Shown piece after piece: positions 58,439-64,000 of a stretch of 64,000 nt of DNA (position 1 is the stretch's first letter; every line of letters starts with the position of its first letter). Made by a program: the position numbers and the translations under genes. This DNA comes from Verrucomicrobiia bacterium (lineage in GTDB: Bacteria; Verrucomicrobiota; Verrucomicrobiia; JAWXBN01): NCBI GenBank assembly GCA_033764445.1, contig JANRIZ010000058.1:178-64177 (forward strand), given 5' to 3'. Under the pieces are notes generated by a model. That model was not told the DNA's origin. It saw only the letters and a list, made by a program, of their open reading frames with translations, and did no database searches.

Positions 58439-59494
58439 TCACGCGTTCTTCGTCCGCACAAATCGCTGCAACGCCGCCCACACCTCCGCAACCGGGATTT
58501 CCGAAACCCGCCCGGCCCGCAGATAATGATGGTTCCGCCCCAAGGACCCCCATTTTTCCACCGGGGCCTGCGTCCGCCACAGCACCAGGGCGGGGGTTCC
58601 ACAGGCCGCGGCCAGATGCACCACCCCACCCTCAAAACACAGGACAAACTCCGCCCGGCCCAGGCACCCCGCCAATTCCAGCGTGGTCGGCGTCTCCAAA
58701 GCCTGGGCCCACGGGCTGCCCACCTGGTGTACGAGTGACCGGGCCAGGGCCCGGTCGGCGGGGGCGCTGGAAATCCCCACACTCCTTCCGGCCTCCCCAA
58801 CCAGCTGACGCACGATCTGGACAAAGGCCGGGGCGGGCCAGCGATCTTCCTGGTTGGTGCTGATACTGACCACGCACAGAGGCCGCCGTCCCCCATCGGT
58901 CAGGGGCCCCAGTGCCAACGCCGCATTTTGGGCAATGGCCGGGGGCACGGCAATACCCATCCGTGTTTCATCACCCTCAATCCCCAATATCCCGGCCAAA
59001 CGCAGACAGGACCGGGCCTGATGTTCCTCCCGGGGGGGAAGAGCGACGGGATGCGTGAAAAAGGGGCTGGCGCCGGTCTTTTCCTCGAACCCGACCCGGA
59101 CCGGAGCGCCACTGAGCCGACAGAGGGCGGCGAGATAAAAATCAAACCCGGCCTTCACACCGAAAACCATGTCGTACCCGGTCAAGGACGGTCGGTTGAT
59201 CCACAGGGAAACCCATCGGTTGCCCCCCTTCCGCAAAAGCACCACCTCGCTGATCTCCGGACAGGCCCGGGCAATGGGGGCGCCCTCGGGATCGCATAAC
59301 ACGGTGATCCAGGCACCGGGATGCGCCGTTTTCAGGGCACGGATCAGGGGCAGGGCCATGATCATGTCCCCCATGCGGTTGCGGCGGATGACCAAAAGAC
59401 GCGGCGATCCGGTTTGCTTCCGAACCCCCGGGGCATGGGCCAGCGCCCTCAAAACCGTGGATGCCAGAAACCGTTTCATGCTCTCTTGACTCAC
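58439..59494 (-). CDS. GT9 (heptosyltransferase-like) glycosyltransferase
   Basis: LLVIRRNRMGDMIMALPLIRALK, RVGF, RWP, VHLAAACGTP. Confidence 0.85.
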   Translation of the reverse strand: MSQESMKRFLASTVLRALAHAPGVRKQTGSPRLLVIRRNRMGDMIMALPLIRALKTAHPGAWITVLCDPEGAPIARACPEISEVVLLRKGGNRWVSLWINRPSLTGYDMVFGVKAGFDFYLAALCRLSGAPVRVGFEEKTGASPFFTHPVALPPREEHQARSCLRLAGILGIEGDETRMGIAVPPAIAQNAALALGPLTDGGRRPLCVVSISTNQEDRWPAPAFVQIVRQLVGEAGRSVGISSAPADRALARSLVHQVGSPWAQALETPTTLELAGCLGRAEFVLCFEGGVVHLAAACGTPALVLWRTQAPVEKWGSLGRNHHYLRAGRVSEIPVAEVWAALQRFVRTKNA

Positions 59495-60678
59495 TTTTTG
59501 CGGAGGGGCGTGTACAGTGGATCACCAATGACGGTGATCTGCCACGAAAGAAAGAGCAGCGAGGCATAGGCACTGTCGGCAAGGTTGAATCCCTTCAGCA
59601 ACCGGTCCGTAAAAATATCCAGATGAGGGGTCGGGTCCAGGTACGGTTCACTGACCGCGCCCATGGTGGCGGCGGCCCCCGCACGGATCAGCGGTCCGGC
59701 CCACCCCGCATTCGGATCCCTCAACGTCGTCGCGCTGAAGGAATGAAGATGGTAGGCAATGGCCCCCTTGTTGAATCGAAATCCGGACACGGTAAAGGGT
59801 CCCGTGACATTCGGGGCATACCAGCCCATGTACAGGGCGGCATTGGTCATGGGAAAGGCCGGGTCAAAGATCGACTCCTTGTTGTCGGTCCGCACGGTCC
59901 AACCGGCAATCTCCAATTTGTGAACCGCTCCCTGCAACCATCTGTCCCCGGGCGCAAAGGCTCCCTCCTGAATGCCGCGCATGTCGACATAGGCAAACCC
60001 TTTCAACCCGGCATCCTCGGCCTGGATCGCATCGTCAATCATACCCCGCACCTCACGGGGGGTGATGGCGTCCAGACGGGTCACCAGAAAAATCCCCAGC
60101 GGGGCGCTCTCGGCAAAGGGAAAAATCGAGTCAAAGTACGGGTTCTGCCAGGGCCCCTTCAGGGCGTAATCCTCCTTGGGCAGGAGGGCGAGTTCGGAAT
60201 CCAGCGACGCCCCGTTGCGCAGGAATCCCTCGGGATAGGCCGGCATGAGCGCCATCTTGTCCAGAACCGGGTTCCTGCGTCCGGTCTCGTCCAAAACCAC
60301 ATCCGCAATCCTCAGAGGCAGGCCACGGATCAATACCAGATAACGGATTTCCCCGCCCATTGCCTCCCCTGCCTCGGCCTTGAACCGGTACAGACCCCGT
60401 TCCATCAGCGCCCGTTTGATGGGGTCACGGATCCGGATGTTGTAGTCCCCGCGGCTGATATCGTCGGCGATGGGGCAGCTGACCCGGATCAGGTTTGCCT
60501 CGGGGATCCCCCGCGCCTTCATGTAATGTCTGGCAAGTCCGCCGGCATCCGAATCCTCGGCGTTGTACACAACAACCACCCGTCCGGCCAGGGGATGTGG
60601 AGCCCGGTCCTGGGCGGGAGCCGTCGAAAAATGGGCCGAAGCGACCAGGAAAAGGGGGATCAGGAAACGCATCTTCAT
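59491..60678 (-). CDS. TIGR03790-like secreted protein
   Basis: VVVVYN..LARHY..ARGIP, ASLDSELA, LVTRLD, YMGWY, GAIAYHLHSFSA, GAVSEPYL, IGDPLY. Confidence 0.8.
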   Translation of the reverse strand: MKMRFLIPLFLVASAHFSTAPAQDRAPHPLAGRVVVVYNAEDSDAGGLARHYMKARGIPEANLIRVSCPIADDISRGDYNIRIRDPIKRALMERGLYRFKAEAGEAMGGEIRYLVLIRGLPLRIADVVLDETGRRNPVLDKMALMPAYPEGFLRNGASLDSELALLPKEDYALKGPWQNPYFDSIFPFAESAPLGIFLVTRLDAITPREVRGMIDDAIQAEDAGLKGFAYVDMRGIQEGAFAPGDRWLQGAVHKLEIAGWTVRTDNKESIFDPAFPMTNAALYMGWYAPNVTGPFTVSGFRFNKGAIAYHLHSFSATTLRDPNAGWAGPLIRAGAAATMGAVSEPYLDPTPHLDIFTDRLLKGFNLADSAYASLLFLSWQITVIGDPLYTPLRKK

Positions 60679-60690
60679 TGGGACGTTCCT

Positions 60691-61470
60691 CTAGAGGTCC
60701 ATCTTCAATCCGTCCCAGGCCAGCCCCATTTTTTCGGGCAGCTCCGCCTGGGACCGGTCGTGATCGTACTCGTGGGTCAGATGGGTGAAATAGGTTTTCC
60801 GGGCATTGATGATCCGGGCAAAATCAATGGCCTCGGGAAGGCTCATGTGGGTCGGGTGTTCGGCCTTGCGGAGGGCGTCGAGGACCATGACCTCGACCCC
60901 CCTGAGTTTCTCCAGGACGGCATCGGGGATGGTTTTGGCATCGCTGATATAGGCGAATTTTTTCCGGCCTTCGTGTTCAAAGAGCAGTCCGAAGGTCGTG
61001 GTTTTGCCATGCGGCACGGGCAGGGGCGTGACGGTCAAATCCCCCAGGGTCACGGTTGATTCAAACACGTGTTCCTCCGGGCGGAAATAGCCGCGGGGGG
61101 CGTGGGTGGCCCCGAAGGCGTAAAAAAAGACGTGTTTGACAATGTCCATCGTCTGGGCGGAGGCATAGATGGGGATTCTCTCCCCGGTCATCTCGCAGAA
61201 CCGGCGCAGATCATCCATCCCCATCATGTGGTCCGCATGGGCATGGGTGATGATCACCGCATCCACATGGCGGATTTTTTCGCGCAGGGCCTGGATGCGA
61301 AACTCCGGACTGGTATCCACCACCAGGCTGATTTTTTCCGTACGCACCCAGACCGAGGAGCGGGTGCGGTGGTTTTTGGGATTGGCCAGATACTCCGGGG
61401 GGTATTCCACTCCGATCAGGGGACACCCCTGGGAGGTGCCGGTCCCCAGAAATGTGACTTCCAGACTCAT
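60691..61470 (-). CDS. MBL-fold metallohydrolase (PhnP/YycJ-like)
   Basis: FLGTGTSQG, THAHADH..G.DDLR, YISD, HPTH, THLTH. Confidence 0.9.
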   Translation of the reverse strand: MSLEVTFLGTGTSQGCPLIGVEYPPEYLANPKNHRTRSSVWVRTEKISLVVDTSPEFRIQALREKIRHVDAVIITHAHADHMMGMDDLRRFCEMTGERIPIYASAQTMDIVKHVFFYAFGATHAPRGYFRPEEHVFESTVTLGDLTVTPLPVPHGKTTTFGLLFEHEGRKKFAYISDAKTIPDAVLEKLRGVEVMVLDALRKAEHPTHMSLPEAIDFARIINARKTYFTHLTHEYDHDRSQAELPEKMGLAWDGLKMDL

Positions 61471-61841
61471 GACTGCGCGGCCTCCCCCGCTCCGGCGGCC
61501 TTTTCGGAAGGCACCCTGTTTTGGATCATGCCCCACAGGGGCTTGCCCCCCAATAAATGCCCGTCAATGAGGGCGGGGACATCTTCCGGACGGACCCCCG
61601 CGTACCAGAGTCCGTCCGGATAAACCAGCACGGCCGGGCCGATCTCACAAAAACCCACGCTCGAACAATCCGTGCACATGATGTCGCCTTCGATCTTCGA
61701 TTTGCGGAGTTGGTTGCGGTTTTTGAGTTCCTCGACAAACCGGGCCTTGACCTCCGACGAACCGCGTTCGGCACAGGATTTGCCATTGCACACAAAGACA
61801 TGTTTTTTGAATGGGATGAGATTTTTGGGATTGTCCTCCAT
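61467..61841 (-). CDS. Thioredoxin-like [2Fe-2S] ferredoxin
   Basis: HVFVC..SC, C....FCEIGPAVLVYPDGLWY. Confidence 0.85.
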   Translation of the reverse strand: MEDNPKNLIPFKKHVFVCNGKSCAERGSSEVKARFVEELKNRNQLRKSKIEGDIMCTDCSSVGFCEIGPAVLVYPDGLWYAGVRPEDVPALIDGHLLGGKPLWGMIQNRVPSEKAAGAGEAAQS

Positions 61842-61927
61842 GCGGCCAAAAGACTAGCAAAAGCAGTCATGAATACAATGGCTGTTCGATTGCACTTGCG
61901 GATCGATTTCTCACCCACTAGGGTTGG

Positions 61928-62644
61928 ATGAATGAAGGTGACACAACGGAATCAGGTCATCCATTGGATTGTTCCACCCCAGATCCACAGGGACTTTTCT
62001 GGCATCCGTGGCCGTGTCCTGCATGCCGCAAACGCCTCTCCCCAATCGGTTACCTTATCGGACGCCATGAAGCAAGTCCGCCTTTTCGCAAAGACTCCCA
62101 CGAAGCGATAACCGCCATTGAAACCTCCGCCCTGCTGGAATGGGTTAAAAGCTGCCCTCATGTGGGTCCGAAGGTTTTGCATCTCCCGAAAATCTCCGAA
62201 GGTTCTGAACACCTCGTTTTTCTCGATGAAACCAATTCAATGGTTCTTAAAAAAACCCGTGAGGGCCTGTTCGGAGAATCGTATTTCATGAGGGGTCAGA
62301 AGGTTCATCAAAAGCCATGCACTCCGATTGAATATCTGATCCGATTGCGTCTGTGGCACAAATTGTTCGGTTCTGCACCGGAAACCATGGGGATCACTCC
62401 ATCTGGTCAGATTATTTCCCGCCACAAATTCATGGTCGGAAACCTGCCTTCCCAGAAAAAAGTTGATTTGTTTCTCGAATCCATGGGTATGACCGCTGTC
62501 AAGAAAAGCTGCTGGCTTTGGAAAAAGTCTTACCCGTCAGATCAGATTGAAATATGGCCGGGAGATGCCCGTGCCGACAATTTCGTCGACTGCCTGAATG
62601 AAATAGTTCCCATTGACATCCGTCTGTGGCTCTTGCAGACATAA
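61928..62644 (+). CDS. Hypothetical protein, polyvalent-protein kinase-like (Kinase-PolyVal) domain
   Basis: GSEHLVF..VLK, TPIEYLIRL.LW..LFG, DARADNF..IVPID; lower GC. Confidence 0.6.
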   Translation: MNEGDTTESGHPLDCSTPDPQGLFWHPWPCPACRKRLSPIGYLIGRHEASPPFRKDSHEAITAIETSALLEWVKSCPHVGPKVLHLPKISEGSEHLVFLDETNSMVLKKTREGLFGESYFMRGQKVHQKPCTPIEYLIRLRLWHKLFGSAPETMGITPSGQIISRHKFMVGNLPSQKKVDLFLESMGMTAVKKSCWLWKKSYPSDQIEIWPGDARADNFVDCLNEIVPIDIRLWLLQT

Positions 62645-62663
62645 TACACCTCAAAAAACAGCC

Positions 62664-64000
62664 ATGCTCGAAACTCTCCGCATCAAAAATCTGGCCCTTG
62701 TCGAGGACCTCTCGTGGGAACTGGGAACCGGCCTCAATATCATCACGGGCGAAACCGGGGCCGGGAAATCGATCATTACCGGCGCCCTCAATCTCCTGCT
62801 CGGGGAACGGGCCGACAAGGGGCTGATCCGCGCGGGAGCCGAGGTCTGCACTGTGGAGGCCTGTCTTCACATCCCCCCCTCCCAGATTCGGGCGCTCAAC
62901 TTGCTGCTGACCGAAACCTCCGCAGAACCCTGCGACGGCGGGACACTGCTGATCAAACGCACCTTCTCCGCCGCCGGGGCCAACAAACAATTCGTCAACG
63001 GCAGTGCCGTCCCCTTGGGGGCGCTCAAAAAACTGGGCGATTCGCTCATCGACATGCACGGACCGCACGATCACCAGTCCCTCTTCGACCGGGACAAGCA
63101 GCTCCGCATCCTCGATGCCTTTGCCGGATGTGAAGCGGACCGGGAACAATTTGCGGAAGGATATGCCCGGCTGCGGGAGCTCATGGACCGGAAAGCAGCG
63201 CTGGCCCTCGACGAAAAGAGCCTGCGCCAGCAGATCGACCTGATCACCCATCAGGTCGCTGAAATCAAATCCGCCCAGCTCAAACCGGGCGACGGGGAAA
63301 ACATTGAAACCGAATACCGTCGGGCGAGCAACGCGCAGCGCCTCCTGGAGACGGCGCAAAATGCGGCGAATCTGTTTCACGAAACCGACCCCTCCATTCT
63401 GGGCCTGCTCTCCCAGGTCGGGCGCAATTTGCGGGACCTGGCCCAGATCGATCCCGCCGCGGCGGAACTGGAGCAGACCAATGCCCGTCTTTTTGCGGAG
63501 GTGCAGGGGCTCCATGGGGAGATTGGAAATTACATCGAACGCGTGGAGGCCAATCCGGCGGCTTTGCAGGAGCTGTCGGAGAAAATCTCCATTCTTCAGA
63601 CGCTCAAACGCAAATACGGGTCCACGGTCGAGGAGATTCTGGCTGCAGGGGCGGAGGCGGAGACACGGCTCAATACCCTGCTCAGCCGTGATGTGGAACT
63701 CGAAAAACTGGAGGCGGAAACGGAAAAACTCCGCGGGCAACTGACCCTCGAAGCCACGGCCCTCTCCCAAAAACGCCTGAAAGCCGGGCCAAAGCTGGCC
63801 AAACAGGTCACCCAGGAACTCAGGGCACTGGGCTTCAAACAGGCGCATTTTGAGGTGAAAATCACCATGGATTCGGACGCACTCACAAGCACCGGCGGTG
63901 ACGATCTTGAATTTCTCTTTGCGCCCAATCCCGGGGAACCGGTCAGTCCGCTGCGGATGATCGCCTCCAGTGGGGAAATTTCACGGGTGATGCTGGCCAT
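62664..64000 (+). CDS. recN: DNA repair protein RecN (3'-truncated by the window edge)
   Basis: MLETLRIKNLALVE..GLNIITGETGAGKS, DMHGPHDHQSL, APNPGEPVSPLRMIASSGEISRVMLA; missing from the ORF track because there is no stop in the window. Confidence 0.93.
   Translation, partial: MLETLRIKNLALVEDLSWELGTGLNIITGETGAGKSIITGALNLLLGERADKGLIRAGAEVCTVEACLHIPPSQIRALNLLLTETSAEPCDGGTLLIKRTFSAAGANKQFVNGSAVPLGALKKLGDSLIDMHGPHDHQSLFDRDKQLRILDAFAGCEADREQFAEGYARLRELMDRKAALALDEKSLRQQIDLITHQVAEIKSAQLKPGDGENIETEYRRASNAQRLLETAQNAANLFHETDPSILGLLSQVGRNLRDLAQIDPAAAELEQTNARLFAEVQGLHGEIGNYIERVEANPAALQELSEKISILQTLKRKYGSTVEEILAAGAEAETRLNTLLSRDVELEKLEAETEKLRGQLTLEATALSQKRLKAGPKLAKQVTQELRALGFKQAHFEVKITMDSDALTSTGGDDLEFLFAPNPGEPVSPLRMIASSGEISRVMLA

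Overview
GC-rich bacterial chromosomal segment, most likely Verrucomicrobiota (inferred from a Planctomycetes/Verrucomicrobia-type microcompartment locus, UBact, a TIGR03790-like protein and Thr/Asn-rich pilin-like proteins). It is mostly housekeeping (truB, rnr, mqnC, can, suhB-like, surA-like, mfd, pyrE, yajQ, nifS/iscS, ispA, argA, tsaD, nagB, grpE, dnaJ, rsmE, partial recN). Accessory elements are: (i) the 3' end of a BMC operon, interrupted by a four-helix-bundle gene whose flanks are 7-nt-periodic inverted repeats and followed by a second aldolase-like gene with a possible encapsulation peptide; (ii) a pilV/pilW/pilX-like cluster; (iii) a split UBact-proteasome system (dop-ubact-prcB-prcA ... 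pafA, with no ATPase in the window); (iv) two toxin-antitoxin modules, one with a frameshifted toxin between ~130-bp structured direct repeats; (v) dispersed heptamer repeat tracts, two of them in frame inside mfd and encoding the same peptide; (vi) a ROK kinase/PIG-L deacetylase/NagB amino-sugar cluster. No rRNA, tRNA, CRISPR array or transposase was recognised. All family calls come from motif recognition by eye; no database searches were run.
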